Of a stretch of 64,000 nt of DNA, positions 1 through 11,259 are shown piece after piece (position 1 is the stretch's first letter; every line of letters begins with the position of its first letter). The notes under the pieces are model-generated. The model did not search any database, was not told where the DNA came from, and saw only the letters and a list, made by a program, of their open reading frames with translations. The stretch spans positions 55,958,871 to 56,022,870 of the forward strand of contig NC_068991.1 in NCBI RefSeq assembly GCF_001194135.2, in the 5' to 3' direction. The position numbers and the translations under genes are program-made. The stretch is from Octopus bimaculoides. Its lineage: Eukaryota.

Positions 1-335
1 ATATATATATATATATATATATATATACGTATGCATGTATATATATGTATGCATGTATATATATATGTATACATGTATATATATATATATATATATATGT
101 ATACACACACACACACACACACACACACTCATGTATATATGTGTGTGTGTTTGCTTGTCTGCCACCAACATTTGACAACTGGTGTTGGCTTGGTTCATGT
201 TCCCATAACATAACAGAGACTGATGAAACACCAGTTATAAATGTCAGTACGGGGAGGAATTTGTTTAATTAAATCTTTCAAGGCAGTGCCCCAGCATGAC
301 CACAGTTTAATGACTGAAACAAATAAAAGAAAATA
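1..335 (+). mobile_element. TA/CA microsatellite plus 3' half of the abundant tRNA-derived SINE
   Basis: (TA)n/(CA)n at 1-150, then the TTTGACAACTGGTGTTGG...CCCCAGCATGACCACAG...GACTGAAACAAATAAAAG module that recurs across the window. Confidence 0.75.
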
Positions 336-984
336 GTTTTCTTTTTACGTAATTTAGTTTGGTTTGTGCAATCTGTATATAAGAATTATGATAGATAACT
401 ATGGGAGAGTATCTGAGATTCTCTTCGAAAGTATTTATTCAAATCAGTTTAAAGTCTTTAAAATACATAAAATCTTTTTTAATGAAATCCCGATAGAGTA
501 TTTACCTTTCACACTCTTCTGCTGCCTGTATTTACGCTGGATTTCATTAATACCTCTGACATGTGATGTTAGAAACCACATGTCAGACACTGTTATACTT
601 TACACGAGCTAAGGTTGGATTGACCTAGAAATAGTATTGAACTTGAAAAAAAATATGCTAATGAGCTTTATCTTAATTATGTTTGTAACTTTTCTACCTT
701 GACTGATGTTGGTTGTTAGCTGAGATTTAGTTTGCCTCTTACTTTCTAAAGTTCATTTTCCCCAATTTAGCAGATCTAAGAGGAATAGTTATGAGGATTA
801 CCTCTCTCCAAAAAACTATTTTGATTAAAATACTAAAAAGGGAAGTTGATCAAGTGTGTTTATTCATTTTATTTTATTTGTTTATTTTACCTTATCTCTG
901 ATAAAACAGCAGGAAATAATTCTTTTTAATATAACAAGAGAAAATTCCATGAGAGATTAGCATGGAGAAGTGTTGATTTTTCTT

Positions 985-1450
985 AAGATTAAAACTTGTC
1001 ACTCTTTATGTATAATATTTTCTGGAGGAAATGTTGTGCCAATGGTCTTAGTAGGTCCTCTGAGAACAGTGTATCTGACATAGTTAACATTCTGATTGAA
1101 TATTTGCCATTTGGTGGCTGCAGAAAACCCATGTTGAGGGAGGAAATTCCAGAGGGTTGATGCAGATGGAGGAAATTCCAGAGGGTGACTATGATTGAGT
1201 CAAGTCTTCCTGAGTAGTTCTGGGAGTAAAAGCAGAAAGAGGAGACAGTATATCTGTAAGTCAGAGGCTGGAGTGTGATTGTCAGTGACTTTATGGTAAT
1301 TAGTATTAACAAGTGGGCTTTCTTTGGATGTCAATGAATGTTGCAGCAACCCTGTCTCAGATGTTGCTGCAATACTCCATTGTGGTTCTCATTTGATCTT
1401 TGTAGAGAGCTTTCAGTTGTTGGAAACTGAAATATTTTCTGGTTCTGAAG
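985..1450 (-). mobile_element. Degenerate CR1/L2-group LINE 3' fragment
   Basis: Minus strand reads LYKDQMRTTMEYCSNI* and LQPLTYRYTVSSFCFY, resembling the RT C-terminus of CR1-group LINEs. A 19-bp direct duplication lies at 1139-1157 and 1168-1186. Confidence 0.65.
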
Positions 1451-1714
1451 AGAAAGACTATACTTTATTATAGGGTTTTGGCTGTGTTTGTGTGTAAAAA
1501 GAAATTGGTATATTGCTTAGTTGACACAACTAAATTAAAAATTGAGTTCCTGGTGTAACCACCAAACAGTATTAATTTAAGTTAATTTAGAATTCTATTT
1601 AAATTAAACTTTATCTGCACAGTTGTCATGAAACAGATTTTGCAGTTGGGGGAAGGAAACTTTATCAATGTAAAAGATATTGGTTACTTTTTAACAATGA
1701 ACTTAACTAGAATC

Positions 1715-1875
1715 CTGCTTTCCAACCATATGATTTTGGGTTCAGTCCTATTGTGCAGCATCTTAGGCAAGTTCTATTGCTCTAGGCTAACGAATGCTTG
1801 TTAGTGAATTTGTTGGATGGTAATTGAAAGAAGCCTGTCATATAAAATATATGTTTATGTGTGTCTGTGTGTATA
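1715..1875 (+). mobile_element. SINE 5' half (B-box plus CORE-like segment)
   Basis: GGGTTCAGTCC B-box-like motif and CTTAGGCAAGT segment, followed by a TG/TA microsatellite. Confidence 0.65.
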
Positions 1876-1899
1876 TATATATTTTTATTGTTATAACTA

Positions 1900-2180
1900 T
1901 TACAAGCCATATTATTTAGTAGGGATGTTGTCGAGGTTTGATGGCAACAAGTTTTCTCAATCTCAAGAATCTTTCTTAGTATCCTTGCAGAATACAGAAT
2001 TGCACTTTCTGTTGGTTGACAATTCAAATTTCTGTTCCAATATCTTTTCAGCCTTGAGTAGTAGTTTAGATGTTGTACCAAGTGTACTGTATGTCACAGG
2101 AATAATTGCCAACTTTGTCTTCCACAATATTTTTATCTCTTTGGCCAGGTCCTGCTAATTCTCAGTTTATCTCAAACAGA
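1900..2180 (-). mobile_element. 3' end of an RLE-type (R4/Dong-like) LINE
   Basis: Minus strand reads QDLAKEIKILWKTKLAIIPVTYSTLGT and then SAILYSARILRKILE, the typical C-terminus of restriction-like-endonuclease LINEs. Confidence 0.7.
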
Positions 2181-2339
2181 CAAAGCTCCCCAGTAGCACT
2201 GTGAGGCCAGTGATTTCTGGCAGTTATCCATCAGTCCCGGGCTCAAAGTTCTCAGGAAGAGAACTGATTATCTTTGATGCCCAAGGTCTCTTCAAAAATG
2301 CTATTAAACTTTCCAGTCATTAATCCTCTTTATAATGCT

Positions 2340-2660
2340 AAAGTGGATTTTCCACCTATTGCACTGTTCAACTTTCCAAATGCCTTCCCTCAGTCTCTGT
2401 TTGATCCAGGATTGCAACTCCATTAAGGAGACCAGCTGGACAAAAAGTGCATCTGGCTTAATGGTGACCACACCTGTTCACGTTTAAGGAAGCACTGGAG
2501 ATGTAGCCTTAACACATGTTTGCACATCATCAGCCATGGCATGCCCAGTCCACCATGCAGTGGGTGCTGACAGCTGATAGACTGCCTGACTATCGAAAAA
2601 GTATCCCTTCTACAAGAAGCAAGAGTATACACCCAGTGCAATCAGATGGGGATTGGAACC
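2340..2660 (-). mobile_element. L1/Tx1-like ORF2 fragment
   Basis: ORF 2423-2641(-) contains CQHPLHGGLGMPWLMM..LRL, matching the post-RT GGLGxP motif of L1/Tx1 elements. Confidence 0.55.
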
Positions 2661-2779
2661 AGGCATGATGGTCAAGTAGTAATAGATGACATGCCACAAA
2701 CCAAACTAGACCCAAAGCAATTTAACTGGTCTGTCTGTCCAGTATCCAACAATGCAGTTGGATGGTATGGACTTGCTTT

Positions 2780-2950
2780 TTTAGGTGCTGAGCCATATTT
2801 CATCTGTCTTTATGATTTGAGTTCAAATTTTGCCATGGTTGGCTTTGCCTGGGTTGATAAAATATGTATCAGTCAAGTACTGGTGTTGATGTTATCTACT
2901 AAGCCCCGTCCCTAAAACACCTGACCTTTTGCCAAAATTTGAAACCATTA
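2780..2950 (+). mobile_element. SINE of a second family (GAGTTCAAAT...CTTTGCC...GATAAAAT core)
   Basis: The same core recurs at about 7550-7640, 18810-19020, 24590-24730, 25370-25540, 59300-59420 (+) and 27000-27230 (-). Confidence 0.6.
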
Positions 2951-2959
2951 TTGTTATTT

Positions 2960-3437
2960 GATGAAAACTTTCAGCTTATTTTGCTGGGTATGATGGAAAG
3001 TGTCAGCTGCTCATAGCCAGCGGACTAAGGTGACATTTGTTTACTGATCATGCTCCAAGAACCCTGCAGAGAACTTTTGTAGATCCAAGCACTGATGATT
3101 TTTGTAGGTGTTCTATCTTTACTTTTGTACCAATCTTTTTAAGCCATGTTGGTAGTTGAGTACTGATTCTTCCAAGCATGCCAATCACTATTAGCATGAC
3201 ATCCACTCTCTTCATTGCCAACTACCTGCATATTTCCCCACTTCAATTCATCATAGTTTCTTCTTCTTTCTCTTTGATCCTGTTGTCTCTAGGACATGCT
3301 ATATCAATTATCAGGCATTGTTTTTCTTTTCTGTTCACCATAACAGTGTCAAGTTTCTGTTGTCTAATCTTATGGTTACATCCAACAGTATTTTGCAATC
3401 CTCATTCTCAGTAACTCCTTCTGAGATTTGGTCATAC

Positions 3438-3440
<3 letters not shown>
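2960..3440 (-). mobile_element. RLE-type LINE 3' fragment with endonuclease domain and 3'UTR
   Basis: Minus strand reads WYDQISEGVTENEDCKILLD, then QKLDTVMVNRKEKQCLIIDIACPRDNRIKEKEEE (decayed PD-(D/E)xK motif) and LQKSSVLGSTKVLCRVL. Confidence 0.8.
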
Positions 3441-3492
<52 letters not shown>

Positions 3493-3745
3493 TAGTTTTA
3501 TTTTTATAATGTGCTTTCACTTCACTTCCAAGCGCAGCTCTGTGTGCCTTGGGTATGTGCTGGGGTTTGCTGTGATGCTCTTATGGTTACTGTATTGATT
3601 ATTATCATTATTATGTGGTGAAAACTCGCAGCTTATTTTGCTGGGTATGATGGAAAGTGTCAGCTGTCTATGGCCAGCAGACTAAAGTGTCACTTGTTTA
3701 CTGGTCATGCTTCAAGAATTTTTCAGCTTAACTTTTGTAATGAAG
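3439..3745 (-). mobile_element. (ATT)n tract plus two further LINE 3' tails
   Basis: (ATT)n at 3439-3488. Segment 3617-3740 is a close direct copy of 2960-3080, the 3'UTR of the preceding element. Confidence 0.65.
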
Positions 3746-4297
3746 ATATTTTCCATTTGTGAGATCTAGGTAATGGACAATGATCTTCATAGGTAAGAGT
3801 TCAAACTTTACTATAGCATTATGTTGTAATTCTCAGCAAGACAAAACAGATATTAAAAATACAATTAATCCAATGATGACCAATTCGCTAATGCCAGCAT
3901 GACAAAAATGGCTGTGTGTGTTATCTATTTATTAGTTAGAGATTTCAGACCAAAGTCATCAGATTTATTTTGACATATTGGATGTTTTAATGCACATGCT
4001 TTTCGGAAGCATATCCCAACTGGGAATCAATACTGCATCATGGCATTGGTTCACTAGCAACTTATTACTCTGCCTTGAAAGCATTTACTCTTATGTAGAC
4101 GATTATTTTGACCTGGCACAAAGTTTATTGTGTGATGAGATGAACCAACCTAGAATATTACTCAAAATGTTTTTTACCCCATTAGCTTGAAAGAATAAAG
4201 ATTTAAACTCTTCCATCAGTACCACTGCCATCACCACTACTACCAGCAATAACAACAACGAAGAAAGCAGGCCTCTCTAAAACTGTGTGTATAGATG

Positions 4298-4530
4298 CAG
4301 GCATGGCTGTGTGGTTAAGAAGCTCACTTTACAACCACGTAGTTTTGGGTTCAATCCCACTGTGCGACACGTTAGGGAAGTGTCTTCAACTACAGCTAAC
4401 CAATATCTTGTGAGTGAGTTTGGTTGACAGAAACTGTGTGGATGCCAATTGTGTGTGTCTGTGTTTGTCTCCTCCCACTGCTTGACAACAGGTGTTGATA
4501 TGTTTATGTACCTGTAACATAGTAGTTTGG
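4298..4530 (+). mobile_element. tRNA-derived CORE-like SINE
   Basis: A-box-like TGGCTGTGTGGTTAAG and B-box GGTTCAATCCC, followed by the shared central and 3' modules. Confidence 0.8.
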
Positions 4531-4539
4531 GAAAAAATG

Positions 4540-5144
4540 ACTGCTGGCAATACACCAGGTCCAGTTCCTGCAACTTTTGGAATACAATTCATTCTAGATC
4601 TCGACAGTGGTGTTAAAACAGCCATCTTTGAGCTGCATTTTCATCTTGGGGAAGAGATGAAAGTCCACAGATGCTAAACACTTCAAAGCAGCTCATTAGA
4701 ACTCTCAATTGATTATCTGACCCTGGGGGATGAATTTTCGATGCACAATAGCACATTTCTGGAAGTGACACTCATGGCATGTCTTCCAGATCACTCATCG
4801 TCTTCCAAGGATGTTCTTCTGCTTTTGAAGCACGTGTGTCACTCAAAACATTGTGTATGACCCATTGCCTTGTTGCCGTAGGCTTACTGAAGCATACCCA
4901 ATGTCTCTGTGGCAGACTTCCCAAGTTTAATGCAAAATTTCATGTTGAACTCCTTGTTCCTGTCTATGACAAAATTGTAGACTGCAGTATACATGTGATC
5001 ACAAAATAAATTTCACAACTTGCGATGTAAACACAGTGATGTCACTTGGCACACTACCTCATGAAGGTCACTGTGCACACACCTGTGTGCTGCCATCTGT
5101 TGGCATGCTACAAAACTAGTCCAGGAACTTTTTGATATCTTGTA
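4540..5144 (-). mobile_element. Internally deleted mariner relic
   Basis: Minus strand reads MKFCIKLGKSATETLGMLQ*AYGNKAMGHTQCFE*H..TSLEDDE*SGR (HTH region) and DFHLFPKMKMQLK; a TIR-like end sits at about 5117-5144. Confidence 0.8.
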
Positions 5145-5189
5145 TAATAATAATTTCTCAATTTAGTTTCTTCTTTACAAAAATAATTA

Positions 5190-5450
5190 ATGTAGTTAGG
5201 AATGCTATCCTGCACATCTATTCAGCTGGTGCCATGTAAAAAGCACCTGTACTGGTGCCAGATAAAAGCACCTGTGCTGGTGCTGCATAAAGGCACCCAG
5301 TACACTCTGTAAAGTGGTTAGCATTAGCAAGGGCATCCAGCCATTGAAACCATGCCAAAACAGACATGGAGCCTGGCCAGCCCCTGTTAAACAACCAACC
5401 AATGTTAGCCTGGAAAACAGATGTTAAATGATAATGAGTTATTTCTGCAA
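5190..5450 (+). mobile_element. RTE-3'UTR-derived short element
   Basis: AAAAGCACC repeats, the AAGGGCATCCAGC motif and a GAT-like tail shared with 8640-8828. Similar copies at about 43228-43440(-), 49000-49230(+) and 56530-56700(-). Confidence 0.7.
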
Positions 5451-6076
5451 CTACAACTGTAGCCTATTGGTCATTCTAACAGTTATTGAACCTGAAATTT
5501 GAAAAAAAGAATCAGTCATTTATGAGGATTATTTCTCAAGTATGTTGATGGTGTATGATTTTTATGATGTAGTCAGTACTTATAATAAAGACTTACTAAC
5601 ATAGTTTTATTGAGTCCTCTGTTTGAATTCAAAAGTGTGAATTTAAATATTTAATATAATGTATATAAAATAGAAATATGTACAAAAATACATGTAAATG
5701 CAGGAACAGACTGCTATAGTTTTACACCTAGCTCTATGAACTTTCAGTTCTTTACATGAATGATCTTTTTATTGCATTAACATATCATTGGATTGGTTTA
5801 CAATAATAAGATTATAGATGGATTAACTAATAAAGCACATAATAATCTCATACTTTAATCACACCAGTATGTGTACAATGTGTTTTCTCAACCACTGTTA
5901 GATTGATGGCAGTTTTCTGTTCTCTCTTGTTTTATGCTGAGTATATAGAATAGAACTGCTAAGTTTTTCTTCTGTATGCTCTTTCAAAGAGTTACAATCT
6001 TTAAATTATAATCACTCAAATATTGTCAATTGAAAACAAAATTAATTAGAATAATTGCTGCAATAAAAGATTCAAA

Positions 6077-6161
6077 ATGGAAATTGGGAAAAAATCCCTA
6101 AAGAAAACAATGGAAATAAAGAATATTTCTGGCAAAATGGACCTTATGATTGACAATTTTG
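6077..6161 (+). CDS. Putative exon 1 (MEIGKKSLKKTMEIKNISGKMDLMIDNF)
   Basis: ATG at 6077 in AAAATGG context, open frame, strong donor G|GTGAGT at 6162; phase 1 matches exon 2. The following intron would be 21.8 kb, so linkage is inferred. Confidence 0.55.
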
Positions 6162-7270
6162 GTGAGTAAATGTGATTGTTAATCAATCAAAATTATAATG
6201 TCTTACAAATTTTTTAAACAATTTTAATATTGATTGTTTCATTTTTAGTTTGAACTTTTTATCACATATTGGATCTATATTAAGTAGTTGTTCCTTTCTA
6301 TTTTCTTGATAATTTATTTCAGAAATTTGAAATGTTTATTAGTTATTTATTATAATTTGTTTATTATGTTTATTCTTTTGGGTTTGTTCTGTAACTTTGA
6401 TTTATTCTAAATTTTATTCAGATTTAAAGGACAGAAAATTAATAATGATATCAAATTTTAATTTGATATTTAGTGTTCTTTGTATTTTGTATTTCACACA
6501 GAGCATTGCATATATGGAAATGAATGTTTATTTAATTTTATGTAGGGAAATTTTAGCATTTAAGTATTTGATAACAATCTTCCTAAGCATTATCTTGGAT
6601 TTTGTCACTCCTACCAATATTTATAGAGTTGAATATTTATCTCAGAGAAAATTAAGATTTCAATGCTGTGTTTATTTAAAAACCAACCAGCTTGTTGTAT
6701 AATTTCTATCCTCAAAGAATTTGAACTTTTTCTGTGTTTAATTAGAATTAAGTAATCTTTTGAAGTCTCTCTCTATCAAAACTCGTGCTGACTTTAATTA
6801 ATCTGTATTTGCAAGCTAATAATGCATTTACTTCCCTGTTGCATTCAAATCAGTGTTAATTCTAGATTTTCTCTCCTGCATACTGACTGAACTGTTTGTT
6901 TACAATCAGATATAACCACCCTATCCACTTACTCATGCTTTGTAATCAGTTTAGATTCCACCCATCAGTTTTGAATAGTTATCTTGTCAAAGAAAATGTG
7001 TGCATGTTGAAGAAAAGCGAATAAACTACTAATAGAAAAGATATTATCATTTGTACAAACTGTCTTTCTTAATTGCTTCTCTTGTGAAGCAGTAACATTA
7101 TTGTTTCCAACTTGTCAGCATAATAAACGAAGATTGAAAGTCTATCAGTTTTCAATGCAAACACTTCACATCACTTTATAGTAGTGTTACTTAAATGTTT
7201 TTCTCCTATACCTCAGTTCAATTTTCCAAAAAGAAAACATGCACCTTACCATGAACAGACACAGTAAAAA

Positions 7271-7329
<59 letters not shown>

Positions 7330-10300
7330 TAAAAGAAACTTAAATTAAAATTTTATTTTTAAATGTTATTTGCTTGTATCCCATTCTGGAGTAATCCACA
7401 ACTCAACAAAATATTGCCATAACCCACTGACGGAGCATTTGCTCTGCCTATTTTTAACATTCAGAATTCAAGAATGTGATAAGTAGATAGTGTATTGTAT
7501 AATGTTGAGAGTACTGTAGTAATTACTTTACATAATTCATTTATTCCTCACTTAGTTGTGATTTCAGATCCTGCTGAGGTTGACTTTGCTGTTTTTTTTC
7601 TCCAAAAATATTATCAATACTTAAAATAAGTATCAATGATATAGTAGAGTTAATTCAGTCAGTTTAGTTCACATACTACAAAAATTCTATTATGTTTAGT
7701 CAACATATATTAACAGTATATACTCCATTTCTTTTGCCATTCTGACATCTTCAACACACATGCATGTGCTGTTGGTGTTGAAGACTATGTCTTTATTAAA
7801 TAATGTTTAAAATGTAAATTGTGTTAGCTACTGATGGATTAGTGACTTGGTTAAGCTGTCCAGTTCATCAGCAAGTTCTCATTGATAAATCCAAGAATTC
7901 AAAGAAATTGGCAGAAGTCTGCTTTGGCAAGTATGAGTTTCATGAAAACCAGTATGAGCCATGAGGTTAATTTCTGGATATACAAAGAAGCTTTATGGTT
8001 TTCATGGTTTTTAATTTCAAACTTCACCTGAACTGACATTATGTTTTATCTTCCTGGAGTCTTAGTAGAATAGGTCTTATTGTCTTCCTTGCCACAAATT
8101 TGTTCCTAAAAAATTAATCTAAGAAATGCAGTATATATCTAGCAAACCCTTGTCAAAAGTTATTTTTATTGAAAGTTCTGTGAATTAAAATGTAATAAAA
8201 AGGAATGAAATTAACTGTAAACATTGATAAACAGCAAATATATATTATCTAATATACTTTTAATGACTTAAATTGGAAATACTTGCTGATGGGTTACTAT
8301 AGTTCTTGGAAAAAGCATAAACATCCATTTTCCTTATTTCTACAAGTATTAAGCTTTATATTCCATGTTTAGAAATTGAGACAATCAAGAAGTATTTTCC
8401 AAATATATTTTTTTGTGCGTGAGAAGACCCGGCAAGCCAAGTAAGATCGTTGCCAGTGCCCCTGGACTGGTTCTTGTGCGGGTGGCACATGAGATGCACC
8501 ATTTTGAGCGTGGCCATTACCAGTACCGCCTGACTGGCTCCCGTAGGATTTTCGAGCGAGATCGTTGCCAGTGCCCCTGGACTGGCTTGTGCGGGTGGCA
8601 CATAAAATACACCATTTTGAGCTTGGCCGTTTTCGTGCGGGTGACACGTAAAAGCACCCACTACACTCTCTGAGTGGTTGGCGTTAGGAAGGGCATCCAG
8701 CTGTAGAAACTCTGCCAAATTAGACTGGAGCCTGGTGTTGCCATCCAGTTTCACCAGTCCTCAGTCAAATCGTCCAACCCATGCTAGCATGGAAAGCGGA
8801 CGTTAAACGATGATGATGATGATGATGATTTTTTTTTCAATGTCAAGTTCTGCTGTATAACTGAAACATTAACACTAATGACGTTTTGATGAAGATTAAA
8901 AATAATTATTGAAGTAAATCAATTAGAACACTTAATAAGATTTATGTATTATGTAGATTAACTTACTATTGATGGGTGTCTACAGTTGGCTTCACTCATT
9001 TAATAGGTTTTTACTTTGCAGGACTTCCAGTGAATCTCTAGTTGTATGTTGTTTTTCTCTGATGTGCTAATGCAGGATTGAGGGAAATGGCAAGATTTGA
9101 CCTGCCCAAGTGATACCAGCAGAGAAAATAGGGCAATAAAACTTTTGATGATCATAATCAGTTAATTTAGCTATTATATTTGTTTACGATAGGGTTATTT
9201 AAGAAATGGCATATTTTTACCATATGCTCAACATTTAGGTTAAATGTAGGATCATATTTAAGATATAAGATATTTGCTATTCTGTTGAATTACCTCCTTT
9301 ACAAGTAACTTAAACTAAGTTTTACCTACTCTCATTTGGCATGTCTTAGAAAGTTGTTCTTATATGTGGTCTTTAAAAGTTTTTTCTAATTACTTGAATG
9401 AATAGCTTCTTTTTACTTTTTATTAGTTCCCGTCATTGGATTGTGGCTATGCTGGAGCACTGATTTGAAGAGTTTTGTTGAACAAATTGATCCCAGTACT
9501 TATTCTATTAATCTCTTTGGCTGAACAGCTAAATTACAAGGATGTAAACAAACCAACAACTGTTGGTCAAGTGGTGGTGGGGGACAAATGCAAAGACACA
9601 CACATGTACATGTAAACATATAATATAAACATGACAGGCTTGCACACAGTTTGTCTACCAAATTCACTCACAAGGTATTGGCTAGCTCAGACCTATAGTA
9701 GGAGACACTTGCCCAAGGTGTCATACAACGAGACTGAACCCAAAACCATGTGATTGCAAAGCAAACTTATTAACCATTAGTTATAAAAACTAGTGTTTGT
9801 ATCTGTGATCCACTGTAATTTCTTTTTTCCTTCAATGCAGTTTCATTTCATTAATTTTAACAATATCTTCCATTAATGTTAATGAAGTTCATTTTCAAAA
9901 TGTCCATCCCATTGATTACCACCATTTTCTTATTAAATAATACTTATTGTTTGTTTTATGTTAATGTCTATATTCTTGATTCTCTGATTCGGCTTTCTTG
10001 TGCAATGACAAGAAATATATTGTTCTTTGGTGTTTTGTATTGTATACATGTAACTCTTTCATATACTATTCAGCTAAACATTATATCAGTTCACTTTTTT
10101 GTTTTTTTATGCACATTATGCATCTCTGCAAAGAGAAGGTGGGGAATTTGCCAACCTTGGTTATTTGTTGTTTATCCTCTACCATTCTGGCTACATCCAG
10201 TGCTTCAAGATCTGTTCTTCCTCTGACACCTGTTCGCCCTTTCCTGCCAAAGCTCTTAACTTTTGTGTTTTTCCTGTTGGTCAGAAGTGGAGTTGGTCTT

Positions 10301-11216
10301 GTAGCTTTCTCTTGGATTTTGTTGCCCTGCATCATGTTTCTGTGAGGCAAGGTTTTCCTTTCCTCTCTCAGTTCTTATTGGTTTTGAATTGTCATCAGTG
10401 CTTCTGTAACTTAGCTTTTTTTTCTAGATAGGAGTGTAAGCCCTATGCAGACCCATTTTTACCTTTGTGAAGAGGTGGTTCATATTAGACAGGCCTCTCT
10501 ATTGTTGGGCCTGTCCAGCACAGGATGCACTATCAGGAGATTGCATTTTGCTGGCATTACTCTGGGTCATTGAAGCACATAATCCATCACACCACAAGGA
10601 GGACTGGATCTTGTGGTGGAAAAAATGTCAGCAACTAATAAGAAACCTACAACTCTATTTAGATTTTAGACCCATGTTTTTACCTATATTTATTAGGGTA
10701 TCTGACTAATTAAGAAAATGTCCCAACACATATTCTAAATTTTATAAAGGTAAATCAGAGTCCATGAATTCAAGTCTGGTTTTTCACACAAAACCATCCA
10801 CAAGTTCATTTTGAAATTTATTTTTCATACTATTAAGGCCACAAGAATGAAAAGTATAATTTTAACTATAATTGTTAACTGATTCTGATAGGGTCTTAAA
10901 AAAACACTAAAGTATCAATTAATGCTCTCATTTCAGTACAGATGACCTATAAGTTCATATTTATACTCGCAAAGCATGATGCACTTCATTAAAAATAAAG
11001 TGCATAGATGACTGACTGCCGAAGGATTCATTAATAGGTATATAGCAGTCAGAGAGACATAATGTACATATAATCACAGGTATATACATTAAAATTCATT
11101 ATCGGTTGTTTTAAAATTTAAATCTGTGGAGGAGGGCAGAGCACATCCAGACAATTGAATTTGATGTAATTGATATTCATTTTACTATGTATATGTATGC
11201 ACATGTGTATAAGCAC

Positions 11217-11259
<43 letters not shown>

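Noticed and set aside
31-272. Y/I/T/H-rich ORFs here and at 3318-3509, 31666-31954 and 50657-50952
   Set aside because: Translations of microsatellite or pyrimidine-rich tracts.
4298-4380. tRNA-like A/B boxes
   Set aside because: SINE heads with no intact cloverleaf; not tRNA genes.
8356-8754. Overlapping GC-rich ORFs on both strands
   Set aside because: Lie in the RTE 3'UTR; ORF length reflects GC content.
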